A program made the position numbers and the translations under genes. This document shows positions 1 through 10,330 of a DNA stretch of 58,375 nt, piece by piece (the stretch's first letter is position 1; every line of letters starts with the position of its first letter). The stretch lies in NCBI RefSeq assembly GCF_001194135.2, contig NC_068981.1, positions 19,547,980 through 19,606,354 of the forward strand, read 5' to 3'. The notes beneath the pieces were generated by a model. The model did not search any database. It was not told the origin of the DNA and worked only from the letters and a program-made list of their open reading frames with translations. The stretch comes from Octopus bimaculoides (Eukaryota).

Positions 1-10
1 ACTACTGAAC

Positions 11-46
<36 letters not shown>

Positions 47-256
47 CAGACAAATACATAACAAAAACACCAGGACTTACAAATATATATAACATACAGA
101 AAATTGCACTACTGGGCACTGCACACATCCTACGCAAAACACTTTCAATACAGTAACTATTAGAGCATCACAGCAAACCACAGCACATACCCAAGGCACA
201 CAGAGCTGCGCTCGGTAGTGAAGTGAAAGCACGTTATAAAAATAAAACTACTGAAC
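47..256 (+). mobile_element. 5'-truncated R4/Dong-clade non-LTR retrotransposon (C-terminal coding end plus 3' UTR) within (AAT)n
   Basis: Frame +1 (46-156) reads SDKYITKTPGLTNIYNIQKIALLGTAHILRKTLSIQ*, matching the R4/Dong C-terminal motif QKxxLLGTAxILRK. (AAT)n flanks both sides. The terminal ACTACTGAAC (247-256) recurs at 1-10. Confidence 0.8.
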
Positions 257-491
257 AATAATAATAATAATAAATACTTTCTACTATAGGCACAAGGCCT
301 GGAATTTGTGGGGATGGAGATAGTCGATTACATCGACCCTTAGTACTAGCCTGGTTCTTAATTTATTGACTCTAAAAGAATGAAAGACAAAGTTGTCCTC
401 CATGGATTTTGAACTCAGAACATAAAGACAGACGAAATACCGCTAAGCATTTCGCCCGGAGTGCTAACGACACTACCAGCTCGCCGCCTTA
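257..491 (-). mobile_element. tRNA-derived SINE, family B (Nin/Deu-like central domain, (TTA)n tail)
   Basis: Minus strand reads AAGGCGGCGAGCTGG..., then B-box GTTCAAAATCC, a central TTTCATTCTTTTAGAGTCAATAAATTAAG segment, and an (ATT)n tail. Related copies lie near 17835, 19603, 45436, 48750 and 51880. Confidence 0.8.
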
Positions 492-1159
492 ATGATGATG
501 ATGAGGAGGAGGAGGAGGGGGAGGAGGAGAAGAAGAAGAAGAAAGTCTAAAGGCATAATTGGGTAAACAAAGATGATGGATGATGTGAAAAAGAGGCATC
601 TGGCGAACAAAATACACACACACACACACACACACACAAGTGTATGATCATAGAAACACCATCAAAATGCACACGCTAGTATACACCACCATGTACATAC
701 ATGTGATTTCCTGTACTGTTATATACTTTGACTCATGAAACTGCTACAGACTCTCCTTCTAGAGAGATCATTAGATCGACAGCAACGCAAGTTCAATGTC
801 TTCTCTGCAATAGCCGCTGTGGCATGAATTCATTGAGGAAGAATAATTAAATTATTTTCTAATAGAACTGTCATCTCAGAGAAGATAATTTATTTGCTAT
901 GCGATTCTAATTTGCTACGCCAATTTGAGTTTAATTTTGTACAATTACTTAGTGATTTCCTCTTCACTTCTTCGGTGAGTACGTTAGCGTTCATGGTTCG
1001 CTTAAAAGATCTAATAAAATTGAAACATGCCAGGAGTTGTCTTCCCTAATTGTCGAAATTATTGAAACAAGTCAATGACTAATATTGAGCTTTCTGCATC
1101 TCGTAATTACTTTCACTTAACTTTTTAATACTATTAAATGTTAGCACTAAGTTAACTGT

Positions 1160-1290
1160 GAAGGGTTGTGGTTTAGTAATTAGGCTGTTACGTTCATGTT
1201 CAAAGGTAATGGTTTCGATTCCCAGGCGATGCGCTGTGTTCTTGAGCAAAACACTTCATTCCATGTTGCTCCAGTGCCCTCAACTGTAAA
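1160..1290 (+). mobile_element. tRNA-derived SINE 5' part, family C
   Basis: A-box-like GTGGTTTAGT, B-box GGTTTCGATTCCC, then GTGTTCTTGAGCAAAACACTT..ATGTTGCTCCAG shared with the copies at 5517-5868, 18060-18290 and 24184-24330. Confidence 0.55.
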
Positions 1291-2012
1291 AAAGTAGCTC
1301 TGCGAAGGATTGATGTCTTGTTTAGGAGAATGTTGTGATCTTTGTCATTTATAAGTCATACAAACCAGATAACCGGCCCTATGTGTTTTATGACTAGTCA
1401 GTACGTAACTTTGCAAACTTAACTATCGCTTTTCATGGTGATGGCATCTCTGAGTAATTTATATTGTTGTGGATAATATTAGATAATTTCATGCATTCAT
1501 GTCTTTTAACTAATCGTAGTAAAACATAGCTTTCTAGAGAGAGATGTCTAAGAACAAACCTCAACCCAGAAAAGAGGTAACAGAACAGGGGTAAATTTTA
1601 TAGGTGAAACATACTAAAGTTGAGAACGAACGGAGAATAGCTTTATGAGATTGATAAATAATTAAACCTAAACTTAGATCAATAACAAACGATGATGTAT
1701 TGATAACTGGTCTTTGAAATATAGACTTTTAAATTTTGGCATAAGACCAAAAATCATGTGTGGGGAAGTACAATAGATTAAAACGAACCCAATACTTGTC
1801 TGCTATTTATTTTATAGAACTCAAACTGATAAAAGATAAAGTCGATTCCAGTGGGATTTGAAATCATGCGGCAAAGAGACATCATTAAATATGCTCTGCA
1901 CTCTACAGTTCTTGTTCTTCAGACGTACGAATGACCCTGGTTAACCTATAGGCTCAGCAGGTTAAGGTCTAGAAATTCAAAATATAGTGAAGGCAAGTGT
2001 GTATAATAATTC

Positions 2013-2279
2013 TTATACTGTCATAGGTCTTTTGAGGGGTACCTCACTAGTTGAATAGCCTAGCGCCTATCTCCATCTAAATTCGGCCCTGGGCCCTGAG
2101 TTTTATCTGTAAAGATGTTCACTGGAATTGTTAGTATATATTTATATACTAACAATTCCAGTGAACATATATACAAAATATACCGAGAGTTGTTGCTGTA
2201 GAACTAAACCCTTGTCTAAAACTCCCCCAGAGAAAGAGGAAATGCTATGGTATAAGCATTTCCTCTTTCTCTGGGGGAG
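2013..2279. repeat. Unclassified repeat containing two perfect palindromes
   Basis: 26-bp arms at 2115-2140/2143-2168 and 25-bp arms at 2222-2246/2255-2279. Its left end (2013-2035) matches the reverse complement of 15071-15093 at 22/23. Confidence 0.7.
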
Positions 2280-2348
2280 ATGAAGTAGTAATTACATTCA
2301 TGCATACACAAACACAGACACACACAACAAAAACATACATGCATATAT

Positions 2349-2709
2349 ATTCTTTTATTCTTTTACTTGTTTCAGTCGTTTGACTGCGGCTATGCTGGAG
2401 CACCGACCTTAGTCGAACAAGTCGACCCAGGACTTATTCTGTTTAAGCCTAGTAATTACTCTATCAGGCTCTTCGGCTGAACCGCTAAGTTACGGGAACG
2501 TAAACACACCAACCTTGGTTGTCAAGCGATGATGGGAGGACAAGCACAGACACACACACATATATATACGACGAGCTGCTTTCAGTTTCCCTCTATCAAA
2601 TCCACTCACAAGTTTTTGGTCGGCCCGAGGCTATAGTAGGAGACACTTACCCAAGGTGCCATGCAGTGGGACTGAACCTGGAACCATGTGATTGGGAAGC
2701 AAGCTTCTT
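2349..2709 (-). mobile_element. tRNA-derived CORE-like SINE (family A), 3' body and B-box portion, split by the Tx1 insertion
   Basis: Collinear with the intact copies at 43038-43448 and 44483-44938. The remaining head (A-box part) resumes at 5483-5514. Confidence 0.9.
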
Positions 2710-3002
2710 TATTTCATAAATTAGCTATGGAAGCCGTACATAGGTGGGACAAACAAGGACAGACAAATAAAGAGGGTGAAGAAGTTGCTCATTACGAATG
2801 AAAAAGTTTCGAATGATAAAATATGTCATACTGTTAAAAATTATATCTCCACACTTCCTTTTAAAAATTTCAATATAAGTTTGATGATCATCGCAAACTT
2901 TGCAATGTGTGACTGAAGGAAAGGCATCTAACTGCCAGGTTCGAACCTTTACTTTTCCTCCTGGCCCCACTTACCTAGTTCCAGTCACTCGCAGGTTGTT
3001 CA

Positions 3003-4600
3003 CTAGTTGCTTCCATCTTTTCGCGAACATATCCTGTGACAGGTATATCTTCTCCAGCCTGGTCTTGCTATCGAGATGGTAACATAGAAGTTAACCAACT
3101 CCTCACCGGAGACGAAGGTACCTGTCACTATACCTCTTACACGCGTCTTCCATACTGTTTCTTTCAGTATGGCTACTACGCAGAAAAAACAAGCCTTCCT
3201 TTCTCTGTTAAGGGAAGGAGGCGACACAATCTTGATAATAGACTCAGCCGATAGCTGTACTCTTCCTCTCGCTGACAACAGTTGCTCGACAAAAGCTATC
3301 AGTCCCGATAATTCCGGATACTCCACGAAGGCGTGCAAGACAGTTTCTCTCTCCCGCCTGCACCTCGGGCATGTCGGCGAGACGGCACTTCTGTGCCTTG
3401 ACAGCTTGTCTCGAACCGGAAAAGCCGAACGGTAGCACTGCCAAGCCAGATACCCCGGCCCGAAAGTTCTCCTGCACAGGTTGATCAACTGATTTCCATC
3501 GAAGCCCAGGTCACCCCCAGGACATCGTCTGATATAAATTTCACTAACCAGCTATAGAAATCCGCAGTGGAACTCCTGTTGCCGGTATTGCCCACCTCAG
3601 CTTAGGTATTCGTTTGATCTATGGACCAATGTCCATTAAGAACATCAACTGTGGAAGGTAGAACCTTACGTGCGGTGACCACACCTGTTCCCCATCCAGG
3701 TAAAGCCAGAGGTGCCTCAACCTTAATGCGAATTTTCGCATCCTCAGCCAAGGCATTCCTAGCCCACCCTTTAGCGGTTTTTGACAACATACAGAACGCT
3801 TCACAAGTGGCTTTCCTCCTTTCCACAAAAAGCAGAAAAGGATTCTTTCCAACGTGTTTAGCCACAAATCGGGGCAAGGCACAACGGTCAGGCGGTAGGT
3901 GATGACAGATGCTATGAACAGCTACACCACCTCCGCACTTCCGAGCAAAGATAACGGCCGCCCAGACCAGCTCTGGGTTAGGGCAGTCATCTTGCCCGTG
4001 ACCTCGCTCCAATTCTTCTCTATCTGAAGGTCTGCGCCTCCTCGACAAGTCTGTCTGTGACACGCGCCAACCTTTTTGCCAACACCTTGGCCAAAATCTT
4101 TAACTCTGTGTTTAGCAGAGTTATGGGCCGAAAATTACTTATGATATCCCCCTTGCTCGGATCAAGGTCACCACCCCCGGCTCACAGATCTGAGAATTCT
4201 CCCATTCTACTGCCAGTTGGCGTAGACGCTGGACAGTAGGTGCCCGAACAAGTCTGCAATAGTTTTGTAAAACTCAGGGCAGACCGTCAAGACCCGGCGA
4301 CTTGTCCCCGGGGCACTCGGATAGCGCCTCGATCAGCTCCGCAGCTGTAATCGGTCCCTCACAGCACTCAGCTTCTCGTGCCGAGAGACGCGGGCCACCA
4401 GCCAGGAAGTCCCGTAGGGCCTCAACATGAACTAGCGTCCCACTCCTCCCGAACAACACGGCGAAGTGCTTGTAAAGTGCATCAAACTTCTCCTGTCCTT
4501 TGACCAAACGTCCATTTTCGTCAATCAAAGACCTGATTATGGCATCGTTGCCACGCTGGGTCTCTACCATACGGCCTACCCGGCAACATTAATTCATTTT
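3003..4600 (-). pseudogene. Tx1 ORF2 remnant (linker, RT N-terminus, post-RT region, CCHC knuckle), RT catalytic core missing
   Basis: Frameshifted ORFs 4274-4570, 3619-3882 and 3003-3488. The sequence jumps near 4028 from ..DRLVEEAQT to ..EKNWSEVTGK with no YADD-type motif. Confidence 0.85.
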
Positions 4601-4856
4601 ACTTCACCCTCCTACTCTGTCATTCTTTTAAACATTTCCTGGAGTTCCCCCAACGGGATCTCCAGACTTTCCATTTGTACGGCGGCAACTGCCGCAAAGC
4701 CTTTGGTGACTTGTTTTGGAGACTGGTTAGCCTTCAAAGCCTCACACTTTTCGAGAGAGCATTTTTCTCTTATTATCTCCACTGACATTTCAGTCGAGAT
4801 AAATTAGCGGAAAGCATACGAACAAAAAAACATCACAGTTCCAAGATTTCGAATAA

Positions 4857-5219
4857 GTTCAAATCCCACCCCTGTCAATGAAGCAAAAAAAAAAAAAACT
4901 GACTGAAAAAACAGTTCTTTTTTTTTTTTTTCCAAGGGAAACATTATAGGATTCCGTTCCTTTTTTGTTTTCTTGTTCAAAAAATAATTACTTCCTCTCA
5001 CGAGAAACAACAGTTCAAATCCCACCCCCGTCAGGGGGAGGGGGCGTAGCTCAAATAAAGAGCCTAAAACGGCTGAATACAGTTTTTTTTTTTTTTTCAA
5101 ATGAAAATTGTAGGTTTCCCTTCTTTTTTTTACGCAGTTCAAAAAATAAATTCTTCGCAATAGGAGCAATAGTTCAAATCCCACCCCCGTTTGGGAGTGG
5201 GGCGCAGTTCAACAATGCC
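4857..5219 (+). repeat. Diverged ~157-bp tandem units in the Tx1 5' region carrying tRNA B-box and A-box-like motifs
   Basis: GTTCAAATCCCACCCC at 4857, 5013 and 5172 (spacings 156 and 159). GGGGGCGTAGCTCAAATAAAGAGC at 5040-5063. GGGGCGCAGTTCAA at 5199. Confidence 0.85.
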
Positions 5220-5482
5220 TAAAAAGGCTTAATTTTAAAAAATGCACTCTGTTGAAGAATAAAATCGAAGAAACAATTGCCAAATGGCTACAGAAATTTC
5301 ACTATTCCCCGAAATACCGAGAAATAAAATAGTCCAACACAGCCTGCAAACAGACAACAGATCACAATAACAATTTTCAACATTAATTTTTAACACTATA
5401 CAATAAATAACAGAGTTTCAACAATAAAAATGACAACTCACAGAGCGCAAAAAAAAACAAAAAACGACCGAAGTCTTCATCC

Positions 5483-5514
5483 GGAAGCAAGCTTCTTACC
5501 ACACAGTCACTCCT
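5483..5514 (-). mobile_element. Displaced 5' head (A-box part) of the family A SINE
   Basis: Minus strand reads GGAGTGACTGTGTGGTAAGAAGCTTGCTTCC, matching the intact SINE start GGAGTGGCTGTGTGGTAAG. Confidence 0.85.
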
Positions 5515-5516
5515 AT

Positions 5517-5868
5517 TCATTCATTCATAAAAGGGTAAAAGATCCCTTCGGTCATGAATGACCATGGGATTGCACCAAGAAAATTACCCTCCGAGGTATA
5601 CAAGACCGGGAAAGGTTATTTATGGAAGATCAGCAGTCGCCCGTGCATACCAGCCTCCCATTTCCATGCCACCGATGTTATCCAAGGGAAAGGCTGATAC
5701 ATCTTGGCACAAGTGACGTTGCAACTCATTCCTACAGCTGAGTGAACTGGAGCAACGTGAAATAAAGTGTCTTGCTCAAGAACACAACACACAGCCCGGT
5801 CTGCGAATCGAAGTCACTACCTCATGATTATGAGCCCAACGCTCTAATCACTGAGTCATACGCCTTTA
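5517..5868 (-). mobile_element. Family C SINE, near full length, (ATTC)n tail
   Basis: tRNA-like head AAGGCGTATGACTCAGTGATTAGAGCG..TTCGATTCG, central GTGTTCTTGAGCAAGACACTTTATTTCACGTTGCTCCAG, and a LINE-like 3' tail ending in a tetranucleotide repeat. Confidence 0.7.
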
Positions 5869-5940
5869 CTATATAGCTATCACATACATACATACATACA
5901 TACATATACATACATATCTCCACGACTCTCCACGACTCTC

Positions 5941-6487
5941 CAGACAACAAGCCTATCCTTTTATTTATTGACATGTAAACTTTGGAGATAACTCGAATCT
6001 TGATATTATCTCCCCTTATTCTCGAGCAAAGCTAGTCTTAATTGCTATTTCTTAATTATGATACAATCTCTAGAGGCGACGATAATTTTGATAAATCAAG
6101 AATTTATGTTGAAAGGTATTTGATGTATTTGTAGTTGTCTATGTTGTTAAAATACATGCCATTGGCCACTCTGAGTCATGTCTTTTAGCTAATTTTTGCT
6201 TAAATTATGCAAGTCACCTCGACCGTAAATGTGTTCTACCCTGTTTTGTATAAGACTTGGATACTGGGCGTAAGGGCAGACAATTGTTGTGCAGACGACA
6301 GTTATTAATCCAGAAACACGTGACCGTGACTATACTCTTATCCCAGACAATGATCCTGTCCTTTTATTTAATAGCATTGAACTTGATGCATATCTCCCCT
6401 TCTCAAGTGGAGCTGATCTTAATTGCCACTTAGTAAATATGATACATCGTCTACAGACGGAGATAATGTTAATAAATCAAGAATTTA
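5941..6487. repeat. Diverged direct repeat pair (5941-6106 and 6344-6487), unclassified
   Basis: Shared blocks CAGACAA..CCTTTTATTTA, TATCTCCCCTT, TCTTAATTGC, TATGATACA and ATAAATCAAGAATTTA about 400 bp apart. Confidence 0.6.
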
Positions 6488-7831
6488 AGCTGTATGATAC
6501 TTGACATGCTTGTCTTGTCTACATACATACATCAGGGCATCAGGGCATCATACATATTTACATATAGACATACATATTTACATGCAGACATACTTATATA
6601 CATTTATATTCCATCAAAAGAATCACTGCGTGGTCTCTCACCTTGCTAGAAATAGCAAGCATGTCTCCCTCAAATCACATTCTGCAAACTCGAACAAGAA
6701 TAGAACACATTGCATAGTTATTCTTCATCTCTAAATGTCGCGATGGTCACGGCTCTTGTATATTATTGTTTTCGGCGAGATGAAGTGAAGAATAGATGCA
6801 GGGTGCAGCCGGGTGGCCGTAACAGTCTTTTCTACTTCATCTCCCCCTAACACCACCACCACCACCACCACTTTGCTTCAGTCTGAGTCATGCTGACATC
6901 TGGGCCTACCTTTCTTCATCAATAACAAACATAGTGACATTTGCTTTCTATGTCCTGCGGGACTTGTCATTTCAACAACTATGACCCCAGAGCATGATAT
7001 GATAAAGAGCACTTATTCTCCCTTCTCTCTTCTTTTCTCGCCTCCCCTCCTCCTCTCTCTCTCTCTCTCTCCCTCTTTCTCTCTCCTCGTCTTTAGTTCA
7101 ATATGTTACCAGCATCTCTGTAAGACGATGAGTATTTCCATTAAAGCGATGTAGCATTAAACTGAACACATTTCTGAAGAATACAACTACATCTCAGCAT
7201 TGAAAGAATTAAAACTTACGCACGCAAACACAACACACACACACACATAAATAGACATACACTCACACACATACACACGCCTACCCACACACTCACACGC
7301 GCATATATATATATATAGATGTATTTATGTGTGTGTGTGTATGTACACACACATAAACAAACTCACACACATACACATACACATACACATTCACAAATAT
7401 ACACACACAAACGCACACACTCATTTTTCGATTGATACAGCTTGCATCTCGCTCGCAATGTCTTTTAGCCTTCAGGCCACCCTGTAATAAAAGAAAACCA
7501 AGGGACAGGATGAATTAGGTGATGTTATTTGCTTGGCTTCTCAGAAAAAAAAAAAACATGAAGCGAACACGCATACTGAGATTATACTAATGCAATAGAT
7601 ATATAAACACACACCCACACACACAAACACTTATACACACACACATATATATATTTATGCATACACATAGGAGAAAGTCTGGTTAGTTGAAACATATTTC
7701 ATAGAATGCTGCTTATTTTCAACACATAATTATATTGATAACTATTACATCATCTACTTTAAAGATTTTATAGATATACAATTACATAACAAACTCAGCA
7801 AATACATTCACCAAGGGCTTAGAGAGATTCC

Positions 7832-8484
7832 GGATCTATTTCAAAACGGGGGCACCAGTATTTTCTTAACGAAACACTAACGAAACACTTTGAAACTTGG
7901 GACACTGGTAGAATGTCATATAAAACATATTTTACTCTTAGTCTTCTTAACAAAAAAACGTACATCGCAAGTTATTCCATGTTAAAGTTGTCGTATTTCT
8001 GTAATTTCGACCAATCACTGACGTCTATTCAGCTGAATAGAGTTACTGCTGGGCGGTCATAAAAATGTTATTCCCTGTGACATATTTCATCCGGTTTAAT
8101 CGTAATTTATACGCATATATTGTTTATAAAATAAATTACGCTGTGCGTATCTATGTGTGTAACAATTTTAGAGTTCGGATTCTAGAGTTAGGGTTAGTTT
8201 TAGGGTTAGGGTTAACAGTCTAGTTAGGGTTAGGGTTAGGGTTAGGGGATTAATACGATATACACCGTTACAGCGCTAATTGTTTTCAACTGAATAGACG
8301 TCAATGATTAGTAGAAATTATCGAAATAAGACAATTTTTTACATGAAATAAATTCGAATACAAAAATTTTTTTCTGTTCTATAACACAAAATAGATAAGT
8401 ATACGAAGTTTGAAAGTCTTTCGGTACCAAAAGCACTACATAAAACATAAATGAAAACTGGTGCCCCCGTTTTGAAATAGATCC
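7832..8484. mobile_element. Non-autonomous TIR transposon (Merlin-type MITE) with internal TTAGGG-like repeats
   Basis: Perfect 28-bp TIR GGATCTATTTCAAAACGGGGGCACCAGT (7832-7859 / 8457-8484). 8-bp flanks GAGATTCC / GAGATTTC match 7/8. A GG terminus with an 8-bp TSD fits Merlin. Degenerate (TTAGGG)n lies at ~8183-8247. Confidence 0.75.
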
Positions 8485-8889
8485 GAGATTTCTAAGACAC
8501 ATAATTTTCATCACCCAAGTCTAAACTTTCCAACTTGCTTATTCTTGAGTAGGATAAATTGAAACATGCTATGAGGCATGTTAGAACATACCAGTAATCA
8601 ATTGTAGGACAATTCAAGAATTATACAGGCAATTTATAACTTCTATTGAGGTATGTTATAGACTAGCTTCAACTACGTACCGTCGTCAGTTTGGTTTGCT
8701 GCCTTTACATATGGTTTATTGGTACAAAACACGTCTTTGTTTTCATTCTGGTTTGTAGGCCAGGGTGATCTGCAGAAAACGCAACTTTCTCCTAACGACA
8801 CGTTGCTCTCTCACTCTAGTACAGAAAAGACAGAATAAATATGATGTTCTCATGTTCAAGTATATTTATTTCAGTATTGTCTTTGACAC

Positions 8890-9096
8890 TCATCCTTCTT
8901 TATCACAGGGTCTTGGTTCCACAATGATAAATGGATCACCACGCACTTCGTAAATGAAATGAATGTTAGATCCATTAACACCAAACTCGCGGCCCACAGC
9001 AGCGAGGCTTCCGCCGCCACGGATTTTCTTGATTATCTCTTACGTTTCTTGTAGAGAATACACTCGTCTGCGTCGCTTGTTAGGATCAGTCGCCAT
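8890..9096 (-). pseudogene. pogo/Tigger (CENP-B-like) transposase N-terminal HTH fragment
   Basis: MATDPNKRRRRVYSLQET*EIIKKIRGGGSLAAVGREFGVNGSNIHFIY matches the psq-type HTH of Tigger transposases, with one in-frame stop. Confidence 0.75.
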
Positions 9097-10088
9097 CGTA
9101 CATTTTCTCTCCACTAGTCCCATGTTGATTAGTACGTAAATCCGTATAAAAAAAAAATACACCACCTTGCAGCATTGTTATGTAAACACAAGTGGTAGTC
9201 AGTGTATTCTGGGTAGCTGACCGTTGTGGGTTGTCGCTAGTGAAGACTTTTGCGATTCAGGCAAAATCTTCGGGTTGATTACCAACCGGTGTTATCGCAG
9301 ATCAATCCTTGATAAGCGTAGCATGGTTCACATGGAGACGTGATCTTGAATCAGTGATGAATGAATCAATGATAAACAAGGCGACATGTATTGTGAATTT
9401 GGGACGTGCAAAACTTTGGAATACGTTTCAAGATTTTCTTTCTAACTCATTGTTTATTTCATCAACTAGTGTACCACTTTATTCCCTGCAAAATGAAGAA
9501 CATAATCCTCCACTCCTTCATTTGAAAGGTCTTCTCGTTTTTGTTCTCATATTTCTTAAGAATATAATGAAACTAATTTTCACGGTCATGTTTATTGTAC
9601 ATCTCAGAAAATCTAGGTTCGGACAAAGTCGCCTCGCATATTCAAGTGCCAAAATCCTTTACCTTTTTAGTTTAAACGCAACAATATGCCCCGGTTTACT
9701 TCTAATAAAACACTGACATATATTCCAACTCCCCTTAAAGCAATAATGACCTCTACATATACCCTGTAAACAAAACAAATTGGATCAGGTAAAATTATTT
9801 CATGTCCTATTCCGATTATTTTCTGCTCAACAATGAATACACAAAAGCGTTCATTCCTATTCTAGTATTTACTTCACAAACTGAGTGAAAAATTTGCTTT
9901 ACGGTATAAAAAAAAAAAGGCAGAAACCACTCTGTGTGCTTGAAAACATTCTGCAACGACTGAATGTGGATAGGAAAAAGAGGCACCAGGTTCTTTGTTT
10001 TTGCTGGAAGAAATCCGCACCAGGTTCTTTGTTTTTGCTGGAAGAAATCCTTCAACTTATTTTACGTTTTCAATTAATAGCACTTTGC

Positions 10089-10150
<62 letters not shown>

Positions 10151-10330
10151 CATCTATCCATCTATCTATCTATACATACATACATACATGCATACATACA
10201 TACATACATACATAAATACATAAATATATACATACATACATACATACATACACACATACATATATATATATGTGTGTGTGTGTGTATATGTGCGTGTGGG
10301 TATACGTATGTGCATGTTTGTGTATGTATA
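10089..10330. repeat. Compound microsatellite (CTAT)n-(CATA)n-(TG)n
   Basis: Read directly from the sequence. Confidence 0.95.

Larger units (their letters stand above)
2710..5482 (-). mobile_element. Tx1-clade (L1 group) non-LTR retrotransposon, internally deleted, both termini retained
   Basis: 15-bp TSD GGAAGCAAGCTTCTT at 2695-2709 and 5483-5497. ORF2 remnants: KSPGLDGLP, NFRPITLLNTELKILAKVLAKRL, FLWKGGKPLVKR..KGGLGMP and the zinc knuckle CPRCRRERETVLHAF. The 3' end is ..ATGAAATAAA. Confidence 0.9.

Noticed and set aside
5013-5190. Genuine tRNA genes
   Set aside because: Only D-arm and T-arm/3' fragments are present. There is no anticodon arm, and a T15 run intervenes. SINE heads elsewhere also fail to form full cloverleaves.
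4857-5219. CRISPR-like repeat-spacer array
   Set aside because: The spacers are homologous to each other, the context is eukaryotic, and there are no cas genes.
8735-8838. Apparent + strand terminal exon (polypyrimidine-TAG then GQGDLQKTQLSPNDTLLSHSSTEKTE*)
   Set aside because: There is no partner exon or homology, and it lies beside a minus-strand Tigger remnant, so it is probably chance.
9983-10050. Exact 34-bp tandem duplication (similar small ones at ~14423-14480 and ~56354-56405)
   Set aside because: These are ordinary local slippage duplications with no further structure.
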